Assembly: GCA_020057885.1 (NCBI GenBank)
Contig: JAGVEX010000015.1
Span: 130,168-194,167 of the forward strand
Direction: 5' to 3'
DNA from: a bacterium
Lineage (GTDB): Bacteria; Patescibacteriota; Patescibacteriia; Veblenbacterales; UBA10138
Length of the DNA stretch: 64,000 bases
Within the stretch, counting starts at the first letter, position 1; each line of letters begins with the position of its first letter. The notes below the pieces were generated by a model, which saw nothing but the letters and a program-made list of their open reading frames with translations, was not told where the DNA came from and made no database searches. The position numbers and the translations under genes were made by a program. This document shows positions 18,622 through 26,633 of the stretch, piece after piece.

Positions 18622-18741
18622 AAAATTTAAAATTATAATATCTAAATCCTAAATAAATTCAAATTTCAAAATAAAAACTTTTAACATTTGGATTTGGGTA
18701 TTGTTTAGAAATTAGGATTTTGAATTTAGGATTTGAATTGT

Positions 18742-20106
18742 TTACCATCCAAACTGTTTGCCAACTTCTTCGGCCGACTCGCGCTTGCGTGCAATTGTTA
18801 ACACACCGTTTTGGGCAATTATTTTAGCAGGACTGGAAAGCAAACAATGATGCGAAGCTAAGGCATCTTGATAAGCGCCTGTGTCTAAAATAGCCACGTA
18901 TTGATGATCACCATTCTCTAAATCTTCCAAACGCGGCAAAAGCACATAATTTCCACCGTTGGTATATTTATCATCTGAATCGCAAGAAAGTCCAGCCAAC
19001 CAAGTACGACTTAACTTTTTAGCATTCATATTATTAACCGGTACCACTTGCCATTTTTGATGAATAGCCCAAGTATCTTTAAGGTCATTCATAAAACTAC
19101 CGTCGATAATATACCATTTTTTAGCCACTGCTTTTTCAATAGCTTTTTCATTTAATATACGATAAATAGTTACCTGCGCTGGAGCGACTAAATAACTCCC
19201 CCATTCGCACAAAATATCAGGATTAGGAATACCCGCCCTATCGGTTGCTTTTTGAATAAGTCGGATAACCCGTTTAACAACCGATTCCATACTAAAAAGC
19301 GGCTTACCCTCAAAGGGAACGGGAAAACCGCCACCAATATCAATCATATCCAAATTTGGATTCACTTTGTGAAGTTTTACATAAAGATCTAAAGCTTTCT
19401 TAAGCGGCGCAATAATATCTTCTTGATACTCTATTTGTTTTGACATGTGATAATGTAACAGCTTGAGGTTGCGGATTCTCCCTAAACTCAAAATTTCCTG
19501 AGCTGACATACCAAAACGGCCAACTTTTTTATCCCAATGAGCGCGTATTTTAACATCGGGATCAAGTCTAATACCAATATCACCCTTAAAACCGTTAATG
19601 GCGGTTAATTCCACTTTATCTTCTATAATGGGGGTTATCTGTAAACCCTTGTCGCGTAACTCGGAAATTAGCGAAAGATAATAATTAGTCTTAGGGCCAT
19701 TGCAAATAACACGAATACGATTATTAAATTGCCCTTGTTCCCACAAACGTTTTACCATCCACAATTCATTAGCGCTTGTCACCTCTAAATTTCCACCCTC
19801 GGAAATAATCGGCAATACCAACTCTTTGTTCTGACTGGCCTTCATTGGATAATGATAAATAAACTTACCTCGATAACGATAAGTTTTTATCCACTTATTA
19901 AAAGTATCTATTAATCCCTGCAAACGACGTTCCACCACAAACGGAAAAACCATTTCCAAAGAAGTGCCAAACTTTTTTGTAAGATCGTAGAGATTATATT
20001 GATAATTACCCTCTTTAACCACCAACTGTCCGTTTTTATTAATATCAAAAAACTCCGTAGCCAAATCAGCTCTTCCCAATTTCCAAAATTTACGGTATTT
20101 TGTCAT
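18742..20106 (-). CDS. speA: PLP-dependent arginine decarboxylase (fold-type III, SpeA-like)
   Basis: The DIGGGFPVPFEG motif and an Orn/DAP/Arg decarboxylase-like fold. The start is moved to the first ATG (MTKYRKFWKLG...) to avoid overlap with hpf. The ORF-track start at 20217 is TTG. The arginine substrate is inferred from the neighbouring agmatinase. Confidence 0.7.
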   Translation of the reverse strand: MTKYRKFWKLGRADLATEFFDINKNGQLVVKEGNYQYNLYDLTKKFGTSLEMVFPFVVERRLQGLIDTFNKWIKTYRYRGKFIYHYPMKASQNKELVLPIISEGGNLEVTSANELWMVKRLWEQGQFNNRIRVICNGPKTNYYLSLISELRDKGLQITPIIEDKVELTAINGFKGDIGIRLDPDVKIRAHWDKKVGRFGMSAQEILSLGRIRNLKLLHYHMSKQIEYQEDIIAPLKKALDLYVKLHKVNPNLDMIDIGGGFPVPFEGKPLFSMESVVKRVIRLIQKATDRAGIPNPDILCEWGSYLVAPAQVTIYRILNEKAIEKAVAKKWYIIDGSFMNDLKDTWAIHQKWQVVPVNNMNAKKLSRTWLAGLSCDSDDKYTNGGNYVLLPRLEDLENGDHQYVAILDTGAYQDALASHHCLLSSPAKIIAQNGVLTIARKRESAEEVGKQFGW

Positions 20107-20131
20107 TTTTTTAAAAATAGAATTTACCACT

Positions 20132-20473
20132 CTAGGTGAACGATTTAAGTTTAGCCTGCCGTACTTTGCGATTACGCGCTTCAAATTTACCTTTGATTTT
20201 GACAATCTGACGTTCAAGTTTGGGCACGACTATATCTATAGCAGAATGCATTTCACTAGCTTTGGTATTCATGGCGATATCTGGTCCGGGCACTTCCAAA
20301 CAAACTTCAATGTGGAAAATATCACCTGATTTTTGTTTGTGGTCAATTTTAAGCTCCACGCGAGCGCGGATAATCTTACTCCAATAATGAGCCAACTTAC
20401 CCACCTTTTGCTCTACATAAGTCTTAAGGCTAGGTGTTAATTTGAAATCTTTAGCACTGATTATAATATCCAT
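20132..20473 (-). CDS. hpf: Ribosome hibernation-promoting factor (HPF/RaiA, short form)
   Basis: MDIIISAKDFKLTPSLKTYVEQKVGKLAHYWSKIIRARVEL... is a typical S30AE/YfiA N-terminus. Start set at the internal ATG. Confidence 0.8.
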   Translation of the reverse strand: MDIIISAKDFKLTPSLKTYVEQKVGKLAHYWSKIIRARVELKIDHKQKSGDIFHIEVCLEVPGPDIAMNTKASEMHSAIDIVVPKLERQIVKIKGKFEARNRKVRQAKLKSFT

Positions 20474-20723
20474 CTTGTTGTTATAAAAAATATTACTCGA
20501 TACTTTTAACTCTATGCCTCCGCCTCGCAAAGGTAAGGAGTGGATACAGCTACTATAGGAAATTCCATACTAATTTGCAAATCGCCAGCAACCTGTGGAT
20601 AAACTTGACCAAAAGAAGACAAAAGTAGTAAGGTGAATAACTAAACAAAACTATATAAAAATCAATAAAAAACCGAATTTTAACAATAAAAAACCATAAA
20701 CTATAACTAAAAGGAGAGTAGTT

Positions 20724-21695
20724 ATGAAAAAATTAAAAGGCATTAAACTGTTTGCAGCCAGGCATTCAATACCTTTTGGACAACAAGTAGCTAAACACCT
20801 TGGTATTAAGCTTGGAAAAGTGAATATACTTAATTTTTCCGATGAAGAAATTTATGTAAAATACTTAGAAAACCTCAGGGGGAAGGATGTCTTTATAATT
20901 TGTTCCACTAATCCACCAGCGGATCACCTTATGGAATTGCTGATAATGATCGATGCTGCCAAACGCGCTTCCGCTCGTAGTGTAACAGTAGTAATACCAT
21001 ATTTTGGTAATGCGCGCCAAGACAGAAAAGATGCTCCAAGGGTTTCAATTACAGCAAAACTTATCGCGAATCTAATTACTACAGCAGGCGCCAGCAGAGT
21101 AATCACTATGGATCTACACGCGCCGCAAATACAAGGCTTCTTCGATATTCCAGTTGACAACTTATATGCTTCATCAAAAATACTAATACCATACTGGAAG
21201 AAATTAAAAATACCAGATCTCGCAGTGGCAGCACTAGATGCCGGTAGTTCTAAAATGGCACGTTTTTGGGCCAATGAATTAAATGCTAAATTAATAATGG
21301 TTGATAAGCGCCGCAAAAAAGCAAACCAAATAGAACGAAACCCTCAAATTATTGGTAACGCTAAAGGGTGTAATATAATTACTCCCGACGACTTAATGGA
21401 TACTGCCGGTACATTTAAGACTGGCGTAAAAACACTCAAAGCCGCGGGCGCTAAAAACATATATGGTGCCTTCACACACTTACTTTGCTCTGGCAAAGCA
21501 TATAAAAGAATTTTGGAACTACAAAAAGAATGCAATCTCAAGCAAATTATAGGAACGGATTCTATCCCACATGACGATAAAATGCCAAATATTATTAAGG
21601 TTTTATCGGCTACTAAATTATTTGCAGAAGCAATTCTGCGAGTTGCAACAAATAAATCAATTTCCTCTATCTTCAAAGATGGAGAAAGAAGATAG
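20724..21695 (+). CDS. prs: Ribose-phosphate pyrophosphokinase (PRPP synthetase)
   Basis: 323 aa with the DLHAPQIQGFFDIPVDNL and PRPP-binding DDLMDTAGT motifs. RBS is aaaaggagagtagttATG. Confidence 0.9.
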   Translation: MKKLKGIKLFAARHSIPFGQQVAKHLGIKLGKVNILNFSDEEIYVKYLENLRGKDVFIICSTNPPADHLMELLIMIDAAKRASARSVTVVIPYFGNARQDRKDAPRVSITAKLIANLITTAGASRVITMDLHAPQIQGFFDIPVDNLYASSKILIPYWKKLKIPDLAVAALDAGSSKMARFWANELNAKLIMVDKRRKKANQIERNPQIIGNAKGCNIITPDDLMDTAGTFKTGVKTLKAAGAKNIYGAFTHLLCSGKAYKRILELQKECNLKQIIGTDSIPHDDKMPNIIKVLSATKLFAEAILRVATNKSISSIFKDGERR

Positions 21696-21757
21696 ATTAT
21701 ATAAACCTATCAGCAAATCAGCAAGAGAGTACCCCAACGGTACTCTCTATTTTTATT

Positions 21758-22729
21758 CTAAAATCCAATATACCGCACTTCCTCCTGCAGTTGAATGCCA
21801 AATTTATCGCGTACCTGCTGCTTGATAAATGAAATCAGCATCACCACATCCTCAGCCTTGGCACCGCCGATATTCACAATATAATTCGCGTGCTTTTCCG
21901 AAACCTGCGCTCCGCCGATAGTTTTGCTTTTTAACCCTGCTTTATCAATCAACCAGCTGGCCGGCACCTGGCCGCGCGCTATAAACTCATCTAAATTTTT
22001 CTCGTTTTTAAATTTAGCTTTTACTTCCTCTGCCTCGGTAATTTTAAAATTAGTAAATATACACCCCGGCGACGGCATATTGTAAGGCTGATTTTTCCGC
22101 GCCTCGGCGTATTTTTTAATTAATTCCTGGCTTTGCTCCTTATTACCTTTCTCTAAAACAAAAGTAGCGCTAAGAATAATATCGTTGTTGTGTTTAAAAA
22201 ATGAATCGCGATAACCAAAATTACATTCCTCTTTGCTTAAACGGACAAGTTTATCGCCGCGGCACACATCAACTTTTTTTACCCACTCGCCAATAAACCC
22301 GCGTGGTGTTTGCGGTAAACCAGCGTTGCCGTAAACCGCGCCGCCAACTGTGCCGGGCACAGCGACCAATGGTTCAAAACCTGTTAAGCCCTGATCTATT
22401 GTTTTTTGCACCAAGTAACCAAGATTAACACCTGCCTCGGCCATCACCTTAGTGCCAGAAATTAATAAATGATTATTTTTTACTATTACTACCATACCCT
22501 GAAAACCGGCGTCGGCCACCAAAACATTTGTACCGCCGCCCAAAACAATAAAAGGTAATTTAAGCTCATCTACCACCTGAATAACCTTAATCAACTCTTT
22601 AGTACTTTGGGCTACAAAAAAATACTTAGCCGGCCCGCCAATTTTAAAATTAGTATAACCAGCCAAAGGTTCAGCGGTTTTTACACCACTACCTAAATTT
22701 TCTTGTAACTGAGTAAAAATGTCAGACAT
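21758..22729 (-). CDS. murB: UDP-N-acetylenolpyruvoylglucosamine reductase
   Basis: 323 aa with an FAD-binding PCMH domain (GGGTNVLV) and a MurB C-terminal domain. Confidence 0.85.
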   Translation of the reverse strand: MSDIFTQLQENLGSGVKTAEPLAGYTNFKIGGPAKYFFVAQSTKELIKVIQVVDELKLPFIVLGGGTNVLVADAGFQGMVVIVKNNHLLISGTKVMAEAGVNLGYLVQKTIDQGLTGFEPLVAVPGTVGGAVYGNAGLPQTPRGFIGEWVKKVDVCRGDKLVRLSKEECNFGYRDSFFKHNNDIILSATFVLEKGNKEQSQELIKKYAEARKNQPYNMPSPGCIFTNFKITEAEEVKAKFKNEKNLDEFIARGQVPASWLIDKAGLKSKTIGGAQVSEKHANYIVNIGGAKAEDVVMLISFIKQQVRDKFGIQLQEEVRYIGF

Positions 22730-22921
22730 TAAAAATGTAAAATTTAAAAATCAAAAATTAAAATAATATAATTAATTTTGCTTTATTGCTCAATTACAAG
22801 ATTACGACATTAAACTAAAATGGGCAAATATGCTTCCGATAATTTTCTTTAAAAATTATGTAGAACAATATGTTTAATAAATTACTTTTTGGCTAAAATT
22901 AGGCATAATTTATTACTCATT

Positions 22922-22950
22922 ATAAAAACTATTGACAAATTGGGTTAGAC
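22922..22950 (+). promoter_or_regulatory. Strong sigma70-like promoter: TTGACA, 17 nt, TATGAT(AAT)
   Basis: Seen in sequence: attgacaaattgggttagacgcgctatgataat. Confidence 0.55.
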
Positions 22951-23003
22951 GCGCTATGATAATATGTTATTTTAATACCTGATTGTACCTTAAAAACCAA
23001 CAA

Positions 23004-23152
23004 CTCTTCTTATTAACCTGGGAGGGGAGAAAAAAGTAAGTGCCACGGTAAGGGTTGGCTTTTGCTGACTTTAACCGCGAGTTACTTACTTTAGATACAC
23101 TAGCCTTCGGGCAAAGGTGTATCATCATTCTCCTCCAGATTAATAAGAAGAG
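23004..23152 (+). ncRNA. Candidate structured leader or riboswitch-like element, about 150 nt, closed by a long-range helix, 5' of a small 2-TM protein gene
   Basis: CTCTTCTTATTAACCTGGGAGG (23004-23025) pairs with CCTCCAGATTAATAAGAAGAG (23132-23152). Internal hairpins include a cUUCGg loop (tagccttcgggcaa). Lies between the promoter at 22922 and the ATG at 23190. Confidence 0.35.
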
Positions 23153-23189
23153 TTTAAATAATAATTATAAAAACAAATGGAGAAAAACA

Positions 23190-23429
23190 ATGGGAAAATT
23201 TTTAGCAACTTTAGTATGTACGGTTTTCTTTCTTTATGCAATTGGTCTTGTGTTTCTATATGGTTATTTCCTTAACATGAACAAACATGATAGATCCCTA
23301 TTAATGCTTGATTCATATAAATGGGCTGAATATCTTCTGTTGCCTTTTATCGTTATCGGAATTATCATCGCGATATTAGTAAGCAGACCTAAGCGGCCAA
23401 AACAAAATATAGACCACAACCTGGTTTAA
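23190..23429 (+). CDS. 79-aa two-TM small membrane protein
   Basis: MGKFLATLVCTVFFLYAIGLVFLYGYFLNMNKHDRSLLMLDSYKWAEYLLLPFIVIGIIIAILVSRPKRPKQNIDHNLV, with RBS ggagaaaaacaATG. The ORF-track call 23055-23429 extends upstream into the leader and is probably too long. Confidence 0.5.
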   Translation: MGKFLATLVCTVFFLYAIGLVFLYGYFLNMNKHDRSLLMLDSYKWAEYLLLPFIVIGIIIAILVSRPKRPKQNIDHNLV

Positions 23430-23794
23430 ATAAACATCGATCAAAAACCTCCTGGGAACGAAACGATTCGTCCTAGTACAAAACTTGGAGCCAAAATGGC
23501 ACGAGCCCCTTAAAACAAATAAAGGTCACTCAATATGAATGACCTACATATTTTCAAACAGCGAAAAATTAACGCCTAGGCGTTTAAGTATGTATCAGGT
23601 GTGAACAACCACAGCAAGGGTTGACTTAGGTCAACTAAAATTCCTGTCGGCCCCACATTTGGTACCTGCCCAATGCGGGGAGTGCAATATTCTGATAAAA
23701 TCAGAATAAACGCCTCCCCCACTTTTTTAAGCTCACAAACTAATTTGCGAGTTTAAAAAAGAAAAATAATAAAAAAAGAGAAGAGAGATAAAAA

Positions 23795-23896
23795 ATGAAT
23801 AAAAAAACAATAAAAAGATTAATTTCATTAATTGTCACAATCATACTAGTGGCAATCGTTAATATGATCATCAGTATGATTATTAAAAATACCTAA
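23795..23896 (+). CDS. 33-aa hydrophobic mini-protein, type I toxin-like: MNKKTIKRLISLIVTIILVAIVNMIISMIIKNT
   Basis: Own translation. Purine-rich RBS-like stretch (aagagaagagagataaaaaATG), a Lys/Arg-rich N-terminus, one TM helix, and an intrinsic terminator immediately after. Confidence 0.35.
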   Translation: MNKKTIKRLISLIVTIILVAIVNMIISMIIKNT

Positions 23897-23899
23897 CAA

Positions 23900-23930
23900 A
23901 GTCGATTCTGTTTCAGAATCGGCTTTTAAT
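23900..23930 (+). terminator. Intrinsic terminator GTCGATTCTG-ttt-CAGAATCGGC followed by TTTTAATTTT
   Basis: Seen in sequence. One G·U pair in the stem. Confidence 0.5.
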
Positions 23931-23969
23931 TTTCTATTTTCTATCCCAAATTATTCTCAAATTATTGTT

Positions 23970-24005
23970 ATGCCAAAAAGTGTCCGGCCGGACACTTTTT
24001 GGCAT
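23970..24005. repeat. 36-nt perfect palindrome ATGCCAAAAAGTGTCCGG|CCGGACACTTTTTGGCAT; bidirectional-terminator-like. It shares the core TGTCCGGCCGGACA with the palindrome at 39121-39160.
   Basis: Seen in sequence. A GC-rich core in an AT-rich background, with an A5/T5 run on each arm. Confidence 0.6.
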
Positions 24006-24063
24006 TCTCTAAAACTCAATAAATTAAAATAGAAAATATTTATCTATTCAGAAATTCAAAATT

Positions 24064-24101
24064 AACCATCGGGGAAAAATAAGCGATCGCTTATTTTTCC
24101 C
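24064..24101. repeat. Copy 2 of the 38-nt element AACCATCGGGGAAAAATAAGCGATCGCTTATTTTTCCC, containing a 30-nt perfect palindrome; 3' of murC
   Basis: Identical over 38 nt to 5814-5851. Confidence 0.6.
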
Positions 24102-24151
24102 TAACGCTATTTTAGTCGTGTTGAAATAAATTAAATAAATTTAACAACTAT

Positions 24152-25561
24152 TTAATATTCACTTCCGGTAACTTTGCCAAATTTTTTAATTAATTCTTCT
24201 CCCACTTGCCAAACATCACCTGCGCCCATAGTAATAACTACATCACTGCGGCCAGCCGTGGAAATTAAATATTCCGCGGTTTTAGCAATATCAGACTGAT
24301 AAGAAACTTTAGAATGATTTTTAGTAACTTCGCTCGCCAAATTTTCAGCGTTCACTCCCCCACCTTGTTCACGCGCTGAAGCATAAGTTTCCAAAATAAC
24401 AACTTCATCAGCCTCGGTAAAAGCTTTGGCAAAATCTGGCAAAAAAGCCTTTGTTCGAGAAAAAGTGTGTGGTTGAAAAATACAACGAATAGTTTTGTAT
24501 GGATAAAAATTACGCACAGCTTTGAGTGAGGCAATAATTTCCGCGGGATGATGTGCATAATCATCTATTACTGTAACACCATTGGTTAATTTACCTTTTA
24601 TCTCAAGACGTCTCGATGTACCCTCAAACGAGGCCAAACCTTGGCGGATAAATTCAAAATCAACCCCCAAACGACTAGCACACGCCACTACTGCCAAAGC
24701 ATTTGAAACATTATGGCTGCCAATAAGCCTCAACCAAAAATCTCCACAAAATTCCTCACCTTTGTTAACGGAAAAATGCCAACGACCTTCGTCGAGCCAC
24801 ATACGCAACATTTGCCAAAAACCATTCTGCAAACCATAACTTACTATTTGTTCTGGTTTTAAACCGGCCTGCGCCACAGCGCGCTTAACATCTTCGTTGT
24901 CATAACAAGCTACTACAAAACCATCAGGTGGAAGTTTTTTTAAAAATTCCACAAAAGCGGTAAAATATTCTTCGCGCGTAGCAAAAAAATCAGGATGATC
25001 CCAATCTATACTGGTAAGCACGATAATTTGCGGTGAAAAATATTTAAATTTATTTTGATATTCATCAGCCTCAAAAACAAAAATATCTCCCGGTCCTGCC
25101 AAAGCATTGCCTTGAAACTGCGGCACGTTAGAACCAACCAAAGCTGAGGGTGAAAGGTTCGCAATTTTTAAGACGTGCGCCAATAAAGCGCTGGTAGTGG
25201 TTTTGCCATGACTGCCGGCCACCGCCACACTGCGGCGTTCACGCGTAAATTCTCCTAAAGCCTCCGGATAAGTAATTACCGGAATTTTTTTATCCAACGC
25301 GGTTTTTACCTCAATATTGCTTTCGTCATAAGCTGTGGAGCGGATAATTATATCTATTTTTCTCTCCAAGTGCGTAGCGCTAAACCCCTCTAAACATTCA
25401 ATGTGGGAATGGCGCAAAACTTCATCAGTAAAAAATTTTTCAGCTGTATCACTACCCCACACTTCTTTGCCTTGAGCCTGCAATAACTGGGCCAAGCCTG
25501 TCATGCCTACTCCTTTTAGACCAACACAATAAATTCTGTTCGCTTGCGATAATTCAGACAT
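24152..25561 (-). CDS. murC: UDP-N-acetylmuramate--L-alanine ligase
   Basis: 469 aa in the Mur ligase family, with the P-loop GSHGKTTT and an N-terminal MurC-type Rossmann domain (GVGMTGLA). Confidence 0.9.
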   Translation of the reverse strand: MSELSQANRIYCVGLKGVGMTGLAQLLQAQGKEVWGSDTAEKFFTDEVLRHSHIECLEGFSATHLERKIDIIIRSTAYDESNIEVKTALDKKIPVITYPEALGEFTRERRSVAVAGSHGKTTTSALLAHVLKIANLSPSALVGSNVPQFQGNALAGPGDIFVFEADEYQNKFKYFSPQIIVLTSIDWDHPDFFATREEYFTAFVEFLKKLPPDGFVVACYDNEDVKRAVAQAGLKPEQIVSYGLQNGFWQMLRMWLDEGRWHFSVNKGEEFCGDFWLRLIGSHNVSNALAVVACASRLGVDFEFIRQGLASFEGTSRRLEIKGKLTNGVTVIDDYAHHPAEIIASLKAVRNFYPYKTIRCIFQPHTFSRTKAFLPDFAKAFTEADEVVILETYASAREQGGGVNAENLASEVTKNHSKVSYQSDIAKTAEYLISTAGRSDVVITMGAGDVWQVGEELIKKFGKVTGSEY

Positions 25562-25564
25562 AAT

Positions 25565-26629
25565 TTAAGATTTTTTGATTAATTTATAAATCTCTTTCAC
25601 AAAAGAGACGGCTGGCTGGGGCGGAAAAAGATTATGCAAATTTTTACCAAACTCTGCGCGGTGTTTATCATCAGCTAGCAGCTGACTTACGGTAGCAACG
25701 AAATTATCTGGCGTCAAGCTTAGTTGGTTTAAAATTTTAGCAGCCTTATTTTTTTCTAAAAGACTGGCATTATCCTCTTGGTGGGTATGGGGTATAGGTA
25801 CAACTATGGCTGCTTTAGACAAAGTTGCTAACTCAGTTAACACACCCATACCAGCACGCGTTACTACTAAATCGGCCGCGGCTAAGATATTCGAAGTGTC
25901 GGTAGTAAAGTCTAATACGCGGTAGTGAGGAGAGAAATTATCACTATTTTTTTTCCCCATACCAGTCAAATGAATAATTTGTATCTGATCATTAAATTTT
26001 GGCAAAGCAGATATTAGCAAATGATTAAAAAATTCTGCACCCGTACCGCCGCCCAGCACCGCTAGCGTAAACATGTCCTGCTCTAAACCTAAATTAGTTC
26101 GCGCTTGGTTTTTATTTATTTTTTCAAAAATATTTCTCACTGGATTGCCTGTTAATATAGTTTTAGTAGCTGAAAAATCATTAAGGGATTCTTTTAATGA
26201 TACAGTAATGCGCGCGGCAATGGGCGCTAATAATTTATTAGCTAAACCTGGACGCACATCCTGCTGATGTATTAAAACGGGTATACCCCAAAGCCACGCC
26301 GCCCAACCAACTGGTACGGCCACAAATGAACCTGCGGTAAGCACAATATCCACTTTGTTATTTACTAGCCAAGCTAACGCTTCAAAAAAACCTAAAATAA
26401 TGCGGCCAAGGTCGCTAAAATTCTGTATACTCCAATAACGGCGTATTTTCCCGGCTGATAAAACCATAAAATTAATTTTGTAAGATTCCACTAACTTGCG
26501 TTCTGGTCCTGCACTCGTGCCAAACCAATACACCTCAACTGGCTCAGGTGAGTGTCGTAATTCATCTATCACGGCAAGTAAAGGAGTAACTGAACCAAGT
26601 GTACCGCCGCCCGCGCAAAGTATCTTCAT
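25565..26629 (-). CDS. murG: Undecaprenyl-PP-MurNAc-pentapeptide UDP-GlcNAc transferase
   Basis: 354 aa with GT28 N- and C-terminal domains (GGGTLGSVTPLLAV, GGGTGAEFFN). Confidence 0.9.
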   Translation of the reverse strand: MKILCAGGGTLGSVTPLLAVIDELRHSPEPVEVYWFGTSAGPERKLVESYKINFMVLSAGKIRRYWSIQNFSDLGRIILGFFEALAWLVNNKVDIVLTAGSFVAVPVGWAAWLWGIPVLIHQQDVRPGLANKLLAPIAARITVSLKESLNDFSATKTILTGNPVRNIFEKINKNQARTNLGLEQDMFTLAVLGGGTGAEFFNHLLISALPKFNDQIQIIHLTGMGKKNSDNFSPHYRVLDFTTDTSNILAAADLVVTRAGMGVLTELATLSKAAIVVPIPHTHQEDNASLLEKNKAAKILNQLSLTPDNFVATVSQLLADDKHRAEFGKNLHNLFPPQPAVSFVKEIYKLIKKS

Positions 26630-26633
26630 AAAA

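Noticed and set aside
20106-20217. TTG-initiated longer forms of speA (to 20217) and hpf (to 20530)
   Set aside because: The longer forms would make the two genes overlap by 86 nt. Internal ATG starts remove the overlap and give N-termini typical of each family.
20531-20723. Promoter call TTGACC-17/18-TAAGGT in the hpf/prs divergent region
   Set aside because: The -10 is too weak to call with confidence. Left unannotated.
23004-23152. Match of the leader to guanidine-I (ykkC) or fluoride riboswitch consensus
   Set aside because: Fragments such as ACGG, GGGTT and CCTGGGAGGGGAGA occur, but in the wrong order and spacing for ykkC. No GGnGAUGG...CUGAUGAU fluoride core.
23055-23189. The upstream 45 codons of ORF-track call 23055-23429 (124 aa)
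   Set aside because: The extension runs through the structured leader. The ATG at 23190 has a proper RBS and gives a coherent 2-TM protein, so the long form is probably not translated.
22730-24151. Searched the murB-murC gap for tRNA, tmRNA, RNase P and SRP RNA signatures
   Set aside because: No GTTCRANYC T-loop with a matching acceptor stem. No GGAAAGTCCGG (RNase P P4). No AGGUCCGGAAGGAAGCAGC (SRP). No tmRNA tag ORF plus CCA end found by eye. Structured RNAs here are therefore left uncalled as to family.
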